Positions 1 to 9,524 of a DNA stretch of 55,394 nucleotides are shown here, in pieces. Where the stretch lies: assembly GCA_035280025.1 (NCBI GenBank), contig DATEGT010000255.1, forward strand, positions 1-55,394, in the 5' to 3' direction. The notes under the pieces were generated by a model, which was not told the origin of the DNA, made no database searches, and saw only the letters and a program-made list of their open reading frames with translations. Each line of letters begins with the position of its first letter. The first letter of the stretch is position 1. The position numbers and the translations under genes are program-made. The DNA comes from Burkholderiales bacterium (GTDB lineage: Bacteria; Pseudomonadota; Gammaproteobacteria; Burkholderiales; SG8-39).

Positions 1-579
1 GTTGCTCAGGATGCGGGCGATCGCCGTCGCCACGAATCCCTGCCCGGCCTCGGGCGTCTGGCCCGGCCCGAACGCGTTTCCCGGCCTGACGATGATCACC
101 GCGAGGCCGCGAAGCCGGTGGTACATGAGCCCGTATTTCTCTATGGTCAGCTTCGTGATGCCGTACGGAGAAATCGGATCGGTCGGATGTTCTTCGCCGA
201 TCGGAAGCGACTGCGCGGCTCCGTAGACCGTGCCGCCCGAGGACATGAGGACGACGCGCCGCAGGCCGAGCTCGGCAGCTATCCTGAGCATGGCGACGCT
301 CGGGGGCAGATTCGCCTGCAGGTCGAACATCGGGTCGGCGAAGCTGGTCTGGGGGACCGTCGCGTAGGCGAGATCGATGAGCTCGTCGGTCTGCGCGATG
401 AGCTTGCGCAGCAGGTCCTGATCCCCGTAGTCCCCGCATACGTATTTCGCCCGGGGAGGCAACTTTCGCGCGGGCGCGCCGCTTCGTCCGACGACGGTGA
501 GGTCCCTTCCGCTCGCCTCCAGCAGCGGGGCGAGATGACTTCCGATGAACCCGTTTCCTCCTATCAGGCAGCAGCGCAC
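1..579 (-). CDS. NAD-dependent epimerase/dehydratase (extended SDR); the 3-prime end runs off the left edge
   Basis: Absent from the ORF track because its stop codon lies outside the window. Reverse-strand translation from GTG at 577-579 reads VRCCLIGGNGFIGSHLAPLLEASGRDLTVVGR (Rossmann GxxGxxG). Further on come SPYGITK (YxxxK) and VRPGNAFGPGQ. The frame stays open to nt 1. Confidence 0.8.
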   Translation of the reverse strand, partial: MRCCLIGGNGFIGSHLAPLLEASGRDLTVVGRSGAPARKLPPRAKYVCGDYGDQDLLRKLIAQTDELIDLAYATVPQTSFADPMFDLQANLPPSVAMLRIAAELGLRRVVLMSSGGTVYGAAQSLPIGEEHPTDPISPYGITKLTIEKYGLMYHRLRGLAVIIVRPGNAFGPGQTPEAGQGFVATAIARILSN

Positions 580-658
580 TTGGGTCTCTGGAGCTCGATT
601 TCTCGCGTAACCCGCCCGGGGATCCGAGTCTAACAGTTATATACTCGCTCCATCCGTC

Positions 659-2485
659 ATGCTTCTGCGCCGGTTCCTCCCCCAGGGCAAGTCAGCTCGG
701 CTCCTCGCCGAAGCGCAGCGGCTCCTCCAGGAGGGCGCGCTCGCCGAGGCCGACAAGGCCTGCACGGCGTGTGCGGAAGCCGCGGCCGCCGAGCGCGCCG
801 CCGATCCGGAATTGCATTCCGGGCTTGCGGCGATCCTGGAGAAGCTGGGACAGTACGAGCGGGCCGCACGGCATTTCGGGCTCGCCCTCGACGCGCTTCC
901 CCTCTCCGACCCGGGCCGGCCGCGCATGATGCTGCGTCTCGCCGCCTCGCTCCAGGATTGCAACAAGCAGGCGGAAGCCGAGGGCTGGTACCGCAAGATA
1001 CTCGAGGTCGATCCCGGGAACCGCTCCGCTCTCCTGTGCCTCGCGGTGTTGCGCGAAGACGCCGATGTCGGCGAGGCGCGGGCATTGATGGACCGCTACA
1101 TCGCGGCGGACGGCGGCGGTGCCGGCCGGCTGCGGCGCGCGCTGATGCTCCCGGTAATCTTCCAGTCGGGCGAGGAGATCGAATCGATCCGGGCGCGGCT
1201 CGACCGGGATCTGGACGAGATCCTTTCCCGCAAGCTCCCGCCGGTCGAGCATCCCGAGTTCGAAGTGGGCTCCACGCCGTTCAACCTCGCGTATCACGGA
1301 CGCAACAATGCCGGGATGCTGCGAAAGGTCGCGCGCGCCTGCCGGTCGATGTACCCGGGACGGACCGAGTGCGCACCCCGGCCGCGCTCCGGCGGTCCGC
1401 TGCGGATCGGCTTCGTTTCCACCTACTTCCACGCGCACGCGGTGGGGCGCACGATGCACGGGCTCATCCGCGACCTTCCGCGCGAGAGCTTCCAGGTCCA
1501 GGTGTTCGCGATCGCCCCGCAGGCGGACGAGCTGGCCGAGGCGATACGCCGCAGCGCCGACCGCTACGTGCCGCTGCCGCGCGACCTGGATCGCGTCCGC
1601 GAGACGATCGACTCCGCGGCGCTGGACGTCGTGTTCTTCGCCGACATCGGCATGGATCCGCTCACCTACTTCCTCGCGTTCTGGAGGCTCGCCCCGGTCC
1701 AGATGGTGAGCTGGGGGCATTCCGTCACCAGCGGCATCGACACGGTCGACTACTATGTGTCTTCCGACGCCGTCGAGGCGCCGGGAAGCGAGCAGTACTA
1801 CACCGAGACGCTGCTGCGCCTGCCGGGCTACTTCATGCCGCGGTATCGCCGGCCCGCGCTCAATGAGGCGCGCAAGTCGCGCGCCGAGCTCGGGCTGCCC
1901 GAGGGCAAGCACCTGTACTACTGCCCTCAGAATCTGTTCAAGCTGCACCCCGACTTCGACGCGGCGATGAAGGCGATCCTCGAGCGCGACCCCCGCGCCG
2001 AGGTCCTGCTGGTGGAGTTCCTGCGAGCGGGAGTCAGGGAGCTGGTCTGCCGACGCTTCGCCCGGACCCTCGGCCCGCTTGCATCGCGGGTGCATTTCCT
2101 CCCTCGGATGACGCATCGCGACTACCTTCAGTACCTGGCCGCCGCCGACGTCATCCTCGACCCGTTTCATTTCGGCGGATGCAATTCGAGCTGCGATGCG
2201 CTCTCTCTGGGCGTTCCGGTCGTCACCCTGCCCGGCGCGCAGCTTCCGGGCAGATTTACGCTCGGCCTGTACAGGGAAATCGAGCTTGAGTCCTGCATCG
2301 CCGCCTCGCCCGAGCGGTACGTGGAGATCGCGCTGAAGCTGGGGCAGGACGCGGACTACCGGCGATCGGTGTCCGAGCAGATATCGTCGCGCTGCGCCCG
2401 CCTGTTCGACCGGCCCGACACCGGACAGGCCCTCGGGAGGGAGCTGATCCGCATCGCCGCGTCGGGCGGCCTTACAGGCCGATAG
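659..2485 (+). CDS. TPR-repeat protein with a C-terminal GT41/SPINDLY-type O-GlcNAc-transferase-like domain
   Basis: 608-aa ORF. The N-terminus has TPR-like helices (LGQYERAARHFGLAL, AEAEGWYRKILEVDPGN). The C-terminal half carries RIGFVSTYF, PVQMVSWGHSVTSG and DPFHFGGCNSSCDALSLGVPVVTLPG, which I recall as typical of the COG3914 SPINDLY family. Confidence 0.75.
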   Translation: MLLRRFLPQGKSARLLAEAQRLLQEGALAEADKACTACAEAAAAERAADPELHSGLAAILEKLGQYERAARHFGLALDALPLSDPGRPRMMLRLAASLQDCNKQAEAEGWYRKILEVDPGNRSALLCLAVLREDADVGEARALMDRYIAADGGGAGRLRRALMLPVIFQSGEEIESIRARLDRDLDEILSRKLPPVEHPEFEVGSTPFNLAYHGRNNAGMLRKVARACRSMYPGRTECAPRPRSGGPLRIGFVSTYFHAHAVGRTMHGLIRDLPRESFQVQVFAIAPQADELAEAIRRSADRYVPLPRDLDRVRETIDSAALDVVFFADIGMDPLTYFLAFWRLAPVQMVSWGHSVTSGIDTVDYYVSSDAVEAPGSEQYYTETLLRLPGYFMPRYRRPALNEARKSRAELGLPEGKHLYYCPQNLFKLHPDFDAAMKAILERDPRAEVLLVEFLRAGVRELVCRRFARTLGPLASRVHFLPRMTHRDYLQYLAAADVILDPFHFGGCNSSCDALSLGVPVVTLPGAQLPGRFTLGLYREIELESCIAASPERYVEIALKLGQDADYRRSVSEQISSRCARLFDRPDTGQALGRELIRIAASGGLTGR

Positions 2486-3350
2486 CCCGCAGGTCGAGCC
2501 GCTTCCCCCGCACCGGCGGGCACCAGAAATAGGCCCCCGTCACCGGCCGCGTAAACGCAAACAACGCGTCCACGATCCCGTCCTCGGCTCCCGCCATGCG
2601 CTTGAGCTGGGCGTCGAACGCGTCGAGCGATCTGCCGAAGGCGACGAAATTCAGCCCTGCACCCGTCGCGTCCGCCCACGGCATGGATCTGCGCCAGACG
2701 AAGGCCTGCGGGGCGAAGCTCTCCTGCGCGGTGCGCTTGACGTGCGCCGACGCGGGTGCCTTGTCGAGCTCCCTGTTGTCCCTTCTTCGGCGGCCGATAC
2801 TGTTGTCCTGCTGCGCCTGCGCCATGGCGGCGAACGCGTCCAGGTCGTGCACCCACTGCTGCACGGCGACGAAGCTCGCACCCCCTCTTCCCGGGCGCTT
2901 GTCGCTCACGATCGCCGCCTCGACGGCCTTTTTCCCCTTGGGGTTCTCGGTGCCGTCCTCGTAGCCGGTCAGGTCCAGGCCGCGTCCGTACTTGAACGCG
3001 TCGATCGCGCCCGTGACCTCGAACGTGCTCGCGAGCATATGCTCGATCTCGCGCGCGCGCAGCAGGAGCTCGCCCCGGTCGTTCCCGCGAAGCCAGCACC
3101 ACAGCGCGGCGGGCGTCGACGGCACCTCGACGCCGCGGCCGCGGTAGTGGGGAAACGGCTTGAGGCCGTCGATCTCCTTCTGCAGGGCAAACACGAGAAG
3201 CGCTCCGATCCCGACGACGCAGGCCTCGCCGTCCGCCGCGTCGGCGAGGGATTTCAGCTCGGTGCGCGGGCGCGCCCCCTGCTTGAGCGCGAAGGTGAGG
3301 TAGCGGGCGTGCGCCGGCAGCGCCGCGAGGATTCCGGGTTGCGGCTTCAT
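2472..3350 (-). CDS. Dyp-type peroxidase
   Basis: Only the last 292 codons of the 760-aa track ORF are credible. ATG at 3348-3350 gives MKPQPGILAALPAHARYLTF. Motifs seen: GYEDGTENP (GxxDG with distal Asp), SAHVKRT (proximal His), RRSMPW (distal Arg). The start overlaps the radA stop by 4 nt. Confidence 0.85.
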   Translation of the reverse strand: MKPQPGILAALPAHARYLTFALKQGARPRTELKSLADAADGEACVVGIGALLVFALQKEIDGLKPFPHYRGRGVEVPSTPAALWCWLRGNDRGELLLRAREIEHMLASTFEVTGAIDAFKYGRGLDLTGYEDGTENPKGKKAVEAAIVSDKRPGRGGASFVAVQQWVHDLDAFAAMAQAQQDNSIGRRRRDNRELDKAPASAHVKRTAQESFAPQAFVWRRSMPWADATGAGLNFVAFGRSLDAFDAQLKRMAGAEDGIVDALFAFTRPVTGAYFWCPPVRGKRLDLRAIGL

Positions 3351-4705
3351 CTGCGAAAGCTCCGGACGGCTTCGGATACGCTCGCCACCGGGACAATCTC
3401 GATGCCGTCGATTCTCTGCTTCGGCTGGTTGGCCTTGGGGATGATCGCACGGCTGAAGCCGAGCTTGGCGGCCTCCCTGAGCCGCTCTTGCCCGCGCGGG
3501 GCGGGCCGCACTTCGCCTGCGAGCCCCACCTCGCCGAACACCGCGAGCTTCCCGGGAATGGGCTTGTCGATGAGAGAGGAAACGATCGCGAGCACCACCG
3601 CCAGATCGGCCGCGGGCTCGGTGATGCGCACGCCGCCCACGGCGTTGACGAACACGTCCTGATCGTAGCACGCGATTCCCGCGTGGCGGTGAAGCACCGC
3701 GAGCAGCATCGCGAGCCGGTTCTGCTCCAGGCCCACGGTCAGGCGCCGCGGATTCGGGGCGTGCGCGGCATCGACCAGCGCCTGGATTTCGACGAGCAGG
3801 GGCCGCGTCCCTTCCTGCGTCACCAGCACGCAGGATCCGGGGACTTCTCCGATATGCTGCGACAGGAAGATCGCCGACGGGTTGGATACCCCGCGCAGGC
3901 CCTTGTCGGTCATCGCGAACACGCCGAGCTCGTTCACCGCCCCGAACCGGTTCTTGAAGGCGCGCACCAGCCGGAAGCTTTGGTGCGTGTCGCCCTCGAA
4001 GTAGAGCACCGCGTCGACGATATGCTCGACCACGCGCGGGCCGGCGATCGCGCCCTCCTTGGTAACGTGGCCCACCAGCACCACGACCGTACCGCTCGAC
4101 TTGGCGTAGCGGGCAAGCTGCGCCACGCATTCGCGCACCTGCGAGACCGACCCGGGGGCGGAGGTCAGCTGCTCGGAGTACAGCGTCTGGATCGAATCGA
4201 CGACGGCGATCTCGGGCTTGGCCTTCCCGAGCGTGGCGAGGATGCGCTCGAGCTGGATCTCGGCCAGCAGCTCGAGCCTGCCGGGATCGAGCGCGAGCCG
4301 CCTTGCTCGCAGCGCGATCTGCTCCACAGACTCCTCGCCGCTTACGTATACAGCCTTGCTCGAAGCGCTCATCGCGGCGAGCACCTGCAGCATCAGCGTC
4401 GACTTGCCCACGCCCGGGTCGCCGCCCAGGAGCACGACCTCGCCGGCGACGAAGCCGCCGCCGAGCGCCCGGTCGAGCTCCTCGATACCGCTGGCCATTC
4501 GCGGGACGTCCCGCGCGCTCACTTCCGACAGGCGCTTCAGCTCCGAGCTCTTCGCGACGCCGGCAAAACGGTGCCTGGACGCCGCTTCGGTCACGCCTTC
4601 CACGAGCGTGTTCCACGCGCCGCAGTGCGGGCACTGACCCTGCCACTTGGGCGACTCGCCGCCGCATTCGGTGCAAGCGTAGACGGTCTTCGGCTTGGCC
4701 ATCAC
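3347..4705 (-). CDS. radA: DNA repair protein RadA
   Basis: N-terminal zinc ribbon CTECGGESPKWQGQCPHCGAWNT, Walker A GGDPGVGKST, KNRFG motif and a Lon-like C-terminal domain. 452 aa. Confidence 0.95.
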   Translation of the reverse strand: MMAKPKTVYACTECGGESPKWQGQCPHCGAWNTLVEGVTEAASRHRFAGVAKSSELKRLSEVSARDVPRMASGIEELDRALGGGFVAGEVVLLGGDPGVGKSTLMLQVLAAMSASSKAVYVSGEESVEQIALRARRLALDPGRLELLAEIQLERILATLGKAKPEIAVVDSIQTLYSEQLTSAPGSVSQVRECVAQLARYAKSSGTVVVLVGHVTKEGAIAGPRVVEHIVDAVLYFEGDTHQSFRLVRAFKNRFGAVNELGVFAMTDKGLRGVSNPSAIFLSQHIGEVPGSCVLVTQEGTRPLLVEIQALVDAAHAPNPRRLTVGLEQNRLAMLLAVLHRHAGIACYDQDVFVNAVGGVRITEPAADLAVVLAIVSSLIDKPIPGKLAVFGEVGLAGEVRPAPRGQERLREAAKLGFSRAIIPKANQPKQRIDGIEIVPVASVSEAVRSFRR

Positions 4706-5760
4706 GCCGTCTCAGAGACCGGAACGCGCGGCGAAAGCGCGCAAAGGAGCTCATAGCTCACGGTGCCGGCGCTCTCCGCCACTTCGTCCGCGGAGAGACC
4801 TTCGCCCCAGAGCGTGACCGGCGATCCGACCGCCGCTTCCGGGATCCCGGTCAGGTCGGCGAACAGCATGTCCATCGCGACGCGCCCCACGGTGCGCGTC
4901 CGCTTGCCGCACACCAGGATCGGCGTGCCGAGAGGCGCATGGCGCGGATAGCCGTCGGCGTAGCCGCAGGCAACGATGCCGATGCGCATCGGCCCCGCCG
5001 CGGTAAAGGTGCAGCCATAGCCGACGCTGTCGCCCGCGCGAAGCTCACGCACCGCGATCAGCTCGCTCGACAGGGTCATGACCGGCTTCAACCCGAGCTC
5101 CAGCGCGCTTTCCTCCGCAAACGGCGAGCAGCCGTAGAGCATGATTCCGGGCCTGACCCAGTCCGCTTGCGCCTCGGGATAGCGCAGGATGGCGGCGGAA
5201 TTGGCCAGGCTCCGCGGCAACTTCAGTCCCGCGGTCATCTCGCGGAACCGCTCCACCTGCCATTTCACGCCGCGTTCTCCGTCGGCGTCGGCGAAGTGGG
5301 TCGCCAGCGTGATTTCGCCCGCGCAGCGTGCAAGGCGCGCGAGCGCGTCGCGATGCTCGCCCATCGCGAAGCCGAGCCGGTTCATTCCGGTGTTCAATTT
5401 GAGATAGACGGGGATCTTCGAAGGCAAGCTCGCCTTCTCCAGCATCGCGAGCTGCTCCGCGTCGTGCACGACGGAGGTGAGCCCGTTCGCTGCGATCGTC
5501 CCGAGCTCGGCGGCCGAGTAGAAACCCTGCATCAGGAGAATCGGGCGCTTTTCCCCCGCATTGCGCAGCTCCAGCGCCGCCTCGAGCTCGATCAGCGCCA
5601 GGCCGTCGGCCGGCAGCGCGCGCGCCGCCCGAGCGAGGCCATGGCCGTAGGCGTTCGCCTTCACCACCGCCCAGACGCGCGAGCGCGGCGCCAGGCGCCT
5701 CGCGACGCCGAGGTTGTGGCGCAGCGCGGCGGCGTCGATGCGGGCTCGGATCGGGCGCAT
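4702..5760 (-). CDS. alr: alanine racemase
   Basis: MRPIRARIDAAALRHNLGV...VVKANAYGHGL contains the PLP lysine motif. I place the start at ATG 5758-5760; the track start at 5835 adds 25 residues with no homology. The stop overlaps the radA start by 4 nt. Confidence 0.9.
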   Translation of the reverse strand: MRPIRARIDAAALRHNLGVARRLAPRSRVWAVVKANAYGHGLARAARALPADGLALIELEAALELRNAGEKRPILLMQGFYSAAELGTIAANGLTSVVHDAEQLAMLEKASLPSKIPVYLKLNTGMNRLGFAMGEHRDALARLARCAGEITLATHFADADGERGVKWQVERFREMTAGLKLPRSLANSAAILRYPEAQADWVRPGIMLYGCSPFAEESALELGLKPVMTLSSELIAVRELRAGDSVGYGCTFTAAGPMRIGIVACGYADGYPRHAPLGTPILVCGKRTRTVGRVAMDMLFADLTGIPEAAVGSPVTLWGEGLSADEVAESAGTVSYELLCALSPRVPVSETA

Positions 5761-5833
5761 GGCGCGGCTATTCAACCATAAACTCCCCGCGGGCGTGGTA
5801 TAAAGCGGCGCAGATTCCGGCATCCGGCGGCTC

Positions 5834-7147
5834 ATGAATCGGACCTTCTACACCATCATGGCGGCGCAGTTCTTCAGCTCGCTCGCCGACAATGCCCTGC
5901 TGATCGCCGCGATCGCGCAGCTGCTGGAGCTCGACGGCCCGGCGTGGATGGTGCCGCTCCTCAAGTTCTTCTTCACGGTGTCCTACGTGGCACTGGCCGC
6001 CTTCGTGGGCGCATTCTCCGACGCCCTCCCCAAGGGCCGGGTGATGTTCATCACCAACACCATCAAGCTCGCCGGGTGCGTGATGATGTTCTTCACCGAT
6101 TACGTGGAGTTCACCGGGATTCCCGGATACGTCCTGGTGCTCGCGGCGTACGCGGTCGTGGGGTTCGGCGCGGCCGCGTACTCCCCCGCCAAGTACGGCA
6201 TCCTCACCGAGCTGCTGCCTGCCGAGAAGCTGGTCGCGGCCAACGGCTGGATCGAAGGCCTGACCGTCGCCTCGATCATCCTGGGCACCGTGCTCGGCGG
6301 CGCGCTGATCAGCCCGCACATCGCCTCGATGCTGCTCGCGATCGACGTGCCGCACATCGACACCGGAATCGAGACGCCCGCCGAGGCGGCGATCCTCGTC
6401 ATCTCCGGGATCTACATGATCGCCGCCATCTTCAACCTGTTCATTCCCGACACCGGAGCGCGCTACGGCAGGCAGCAGACCAACCCGGTGCTGCTGATGC
6501 GCGACTTCTATTCCTGCCTCGTGATGCTGTGGAAGGACAAGCTCGGACAGATCTCGCTCGCGGTGACCACGCTTTTCTGGGGCGCCGGCGCGACGCTGCA
6601 GTTCCTGGTGCTGCAATGGGCGGCGGTGCATCTGGGCCTGCCGCTCGACAGGGGCGCGATCCTGCAAGGCGTCACGGCGGTCGGCGTGGCTCTGGGTGCG
6701 GTGCTGGCGGGGCGGTTCATCTCCCTCAGGCGCTCTGTCGACGTGCTGCCTGCGGGCGTGGCGATGGGCGCCGTCGTGATGTTCATGATCTTCGTGTCAA
6801 GCATGCCGCTGGTCTACATCCTGCTGATCGTCATCGGCATGATGGCCGGCTTCTTCGTCGTGCCCATGAACGCGCTGCTGCAGCACCGCGGCTACGTCCT
6901 TCTCTCGGCGGGACATTCGATCGCGGTGCAGAATTTCAACGAGAACATCTCCATCCTGGTGATGCTCGCGATCTATTCGGCGATGATCAAGGCGTCGCTC
7001 TACATCAACACCATCATCCTGGCGTTCGGATCGTTCGTCGTGATCACGATGTTCGCGGTGATCCTGCGCCACCGCCACAACCAGTCGAAAGGCGATTCCC
7101 TGCACCTGATCGGGATGAAGACATCCCCCCGGCGCGGCCATCCTTGA
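5834..7147 (+). CDS. lplT: MFS transporter, lysophospholipid transporter LplT-like
   Basis: The N-terminus IMAAQFFSSLADNALLIAAIA...FVGAFSDALPKGRVMFITNTIKLAGC is collinear with E. coli LplT as I recall it. About 12 hydrophobic segments. 437 aa. Confidence 0.75.
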   Translation: MNRTFYTIMAAQFFSSLADNALLIAAIAQLLELDGPAWMVPLLKFFFTVSYVALAAFVGAFSDALPKGRVMFITNTIKLAGCVMMFFTDYVEFTGIPGYVLVLAAYAVVGFGAAAYSPAKYGILTELLPAEKLVAANGWIEGLTVASIILGTVLGGALISPHIASMLLAIDVPHIDTGIETPAEAAILVISGIYMIAAIFNLFIPDTGARYGRQQTNPVLLMRDFYSCLVMLWKDKLGQISLAVTTLFWGAGATLQFLVLQWAAVHLGLPLDRGAILQGVTAVGVALGAVLAGRFISLRRSVDVLPAGVAMGAVVMFMIFVSSMPLVYILLIVIGMMAGFFVVPMNALLQHRGYVLLSAGHSIAVQNFNENISILVMLAIYSAMIKASLYINTIILAFGSFVVITMFAVILRHRHNQSKGDSLHLIGMKTSPRRGHP

Positions 7148-7181
7148 ATTCGCCTCCCCGCGCCCCCAAGTCGTCACGATC

Positions 7182-8147
7182 ATGGGCGCGCATCTACCCG
7201 ACGAAGTCCTGCTCGACGCTTACTCGTCCGCCGTTGTGTCGGCCTCCGAGCGCGTCGGCCCGGCGGTGGTGCACATCGAGGTCGAGGTTCTGCAGTCGAA
7301 AGGCGCCGAGGCCCGCCGCGGGACCGGCTCCGGATTCGTATTCACTCCCGACGGGTTCATCCTGACGAACAGCCACGTGGTGCACGGCGCCCGCCGCATC
7401 CGCGTGAGCTTCGCCGACGGGGCGAGCCGGGACGCCGACCTCGTCGGCGACGATCCCGACACCGACGTCGCCGTGATCCGTGTCGCCGGGCACCACCTCC
7501 CTACGGCCGAGCTTGGGAGCTCGCGCAGCCTTCAGGTCGGGCAGCTGGCGATCGCGATCGGCAATCCCTACGGCTTCCAGCACACCGTGACCGCCGGCGT
7601 GGTGAGCGCGCTCGGCCGCAGCCTGCGCTCAATGACCGGCAGGCTGATCGACGACGTCATACAGACCGATGCCGCGCTCAATCCCGGAAACTCGGGCGGC
7701 CCGCTGGTGAACTCCCGGGGCGACGTGATCGGCGTAAACACGGCGATCATTCCCTTCGCGCAGGGAATCTGCTTCGCCACCGCGATCGACACCGCGACCT
7801 GGGTGGTCGAGCAGCTGCTGCGCTTCGGGCGCGTGCGCCGCGGCTATATCGGCGTGGCCGGCGCGACGATAGCGCTCTCCCGCCGCGCGCAGCGCTTTCA
7901 CGGCCTGGGCGCCGGCGCGGGCGTGCGCGTCGAATCGCTCGAGCCCGGGGGCGCGGCCGAGCGCGCCGGCGTCGAGCAGGGAGACGTGATCATCGGCTAC
8001 GACGGCGAGGAAATCGCCGGGGTCGACGCGCTGCACCGCCTGCTCAGCGAGGAGCGCATCGGCAAGGCGACCCGGGTGACGCTCCTGCGCCGCGCGCAGA
8101 AGCTCGATCTGCCGATCCAGGCCGCGGAGATGCCCGCGCGGCCCTGA
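7182..8147 (+). CDS. S1C (HtrA/DegP-like) serine protease with a C-terminal PDZ domain; no signal peptide
   Basis: Catalytic triad contexts TNSHVV, DTDVAVIRV and GNSGGPL. PDZ-like tail GVRVESLEPGGAAERAGVEQGDVIIGYDG. Confidence 0.85.
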   Translation: MGAHLPDEVLLDAYSSAVVSASERVGPAVVHIEVEVLQSKGAEARRGTGSGFVFTPDGFILTNSHVVHGARRIRVSFADGASRDADLVGDDPDTDVAVIRVAGHHLPTAELGSSRSLQVGQLAIAIGNPYGFQHTVTAGVVSALGRSLRSMTGRLIDDVIQTDAALNPGNSGGPLVNSRGDVIGVNTAIIPFAQGICFATAIDTATWVVEQLLRFGRVRRGYIGVAGATIALSRRAQRFHGLGAGAGVRVESLEPGGAAERAGVEQGDVIIGYDGEEIAGVDALHRLLSEERIGKATRVTLLRRAQKLDLPIQAAEMPARP

Positions 8148-8645
8148 TCAGAGCACGACGGGCTTGTCCGGCAGCTCGTTGCGCTCGTCACCCGAAGGCG
8201 GAAAGTGCTCGGCGAGGAGATCGCTGACGGCGCGTAATCCGATCACCGCGCCGCGCTCGAATTGCCCGCGCGCGAACTCCTGCTGCATCTCGCCGCAGAT
8301 CGCCTCCCACGCTGCGGTCCCGACCTTGGAGTGGATGCCGCGGTCGGCGACCAGCTCGACGCGCCGGTCCGCGAGCAGCAGATAGATCAGAACCCCGGCG
8401 TTGTGCTGCGTGTCCCACATGTGCAGGCGACCGAACCAGCCGATCGCGCGATCGCGCGATCCGACCCCGCGCGCGAGATCCGAAAGCGGCAGCGAGGCTT
8501 CGACGGCGAGGCGCACCTGCCCTCCGTGCCGCCGCTCCTCCTCCCCTATCGCTTTCTCGATCGCACGCATGGCCTCGGGCGGGAAGGCGCGCGCGACCGA
8601 AAGGTGATCGGTGAGGAGATGGCGGAGAAGGCGCTTGAATTTCAT
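8148..8645 (-). CDS. TPM-domain protein (third gene of a LemA-TPM-TPM module)
   Basis: 165 aa. MKFKRLLRHLLTD...IEKAIGEEERRHGGQVRLAVEASLP resembles the TPM/DUF477-type proteins encoded after lemA and ygcG homologues. Confidence 0.7.
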   Translation of the reverse strand: MKFKRLLRHLLTDHLSVARAFPPEAMRAIEKAIGEEERRHGGQVRLAVEASLPLSDLARGVGSRDRAIGWFGRLHMWDTQHNAGVLIYLLLADRRVELVADRGIHSKVGTAAWEAICGEMQQEFARGQFERGAVIGLRAVSDLLAEHFPPSGDERNELPDKPVVL

Positions 8646-8648
8646 TCG

Positions 8649-9518
8649 TCACCAGCTGCCCGAGGCGCCGCCGCCACCGAAGCTCCCGCCTCCGCCGCTG
8701 AAACCCCCGCCGCCACTGAAGCCGCCGCTGCTGCCGAAGCCACCGCCTCCCCAGCCCCCGCCGCTCGTCCATCCCCCTCTACGGCTCGCCATTCCGTTGA
8801 CGAGCGCGACGAAGAATCCGATCAGCCCGCCGATCAGGGCGAACGCGACCACGCCCACAGCGAACCAGACGATCGCGCCGACGATCGCGCCGGAGGTCGC
8901 CGCGCCCGCGACGCGCCCCAGGACGCGCCTGAAGATCGCATCGCCCACGAGGAGCACGACGAACAGCCAGATGATCGTATGGACGTCGATACCCGTGAAA
9001 TCCACCTGACGTGCGCGGGGCGCCGGCAGCGGCTCCCCTTCGATGAGCTTCATGAGCGCGTCGGTGCCCGCGGAAACGCCGCCGTAGAAATCGCCCGACT
9101 TGAAGCGCGGCGCGATCACGTCGCTGACGACGCGCTTGGCGATCGCGTCGGGGATCGCGCCTTCGAGCCCGCGCCCGACCTCGATGCGCAACTTGCGGTC
9201 GTTCTTGGCGACGACGAGGATCACGCCGTCATCGACGCGCTCCCGCCCGATCTTCCAGGCTTCGGCGAGGCGGATCGAGAACTGCTCGATGGTCTCGGGC
9301 TGGGTGGAGGGAAGCAGCAGCACCGTGACCTGGCTCCCGTTCGCGCGCTCGAACGCGCGCAGGCGCCCCTCGAGCGCCTCGACCTGGGAGCCGGAGAGCG
9401 TCCCGGTGACGTCGATGACCCGCGCCGAGAGCGGCGGAATGGCGACCTCGGCGGCCGCGGGCAGCGCCGCGAGCAGCGCGGCGCCGGCCGCGATCGAAGC
9501 GAGCCAGCGTCTGAGCAT
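8649..9518 (-). CDS. TPM-domain protein, YgcG-like, with a TM segment and glycine-rich tail
   Basis: Signal peptide MLRRWLASIAAGAALLAALPAAAE, then a TPM core (VIDVTGTLSGSQVEALE...ILVVAKNDRKLRIEVGRGLEG), TM helices, and the C-terminal tail GGWGGGGFGSSGGFSGGGGFSGGGGSFGGGGASGSW. Confidence 0.75.
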   Translation of the reverse strand: MLRRWLASIAAGAALLAALPAAAEVAIPPLSARVIDVTGTLSGSQVEALEGRLRAFERANGSQVTVLLLPSTQPETIEQFSIRLAEAWKIGRERVDDGVILVVAKNDRKLRIEVGRGLEGAIPDAIAKRVVSDVIAPRFKSGDFYGGVSAGTDALMKLIEGEPLPAPRARQVDFTGIDVHTIIWLFVVLLVGDAIFRRVLGRVAGAATSGAIVGAIVWFAVGVVAFALIGGLIGFFVALVNGMASRRGGWTSGGGWGGGGFGSSGGFSGGGGFSGGGGSFGGGGASGSW

Positions 9519-9524
9519 CGGAGC

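Noticed and set aside
3351-4754. The upstream 468 codons of the 760-aa track ORF that ends as the Dyp peroxidase
   Set aside because: This part is off-frame over radA and is low-complexity and Arg-rich. Dyp homology begins only at the ATG at 3350.
8649-8790. Repetitive GGC/GCC-rich DNA that might look like a tandem repeat or array
   Set aside because: It encodes the glycine-rich tail (GGFSGGGGFSGGGGSFGGGG) of the YgcG-like TPM protein. It is a coding low-complexity region, not a CRISPR array or VNTR. No repeat-spacer periodicity exists anywhere in the window.
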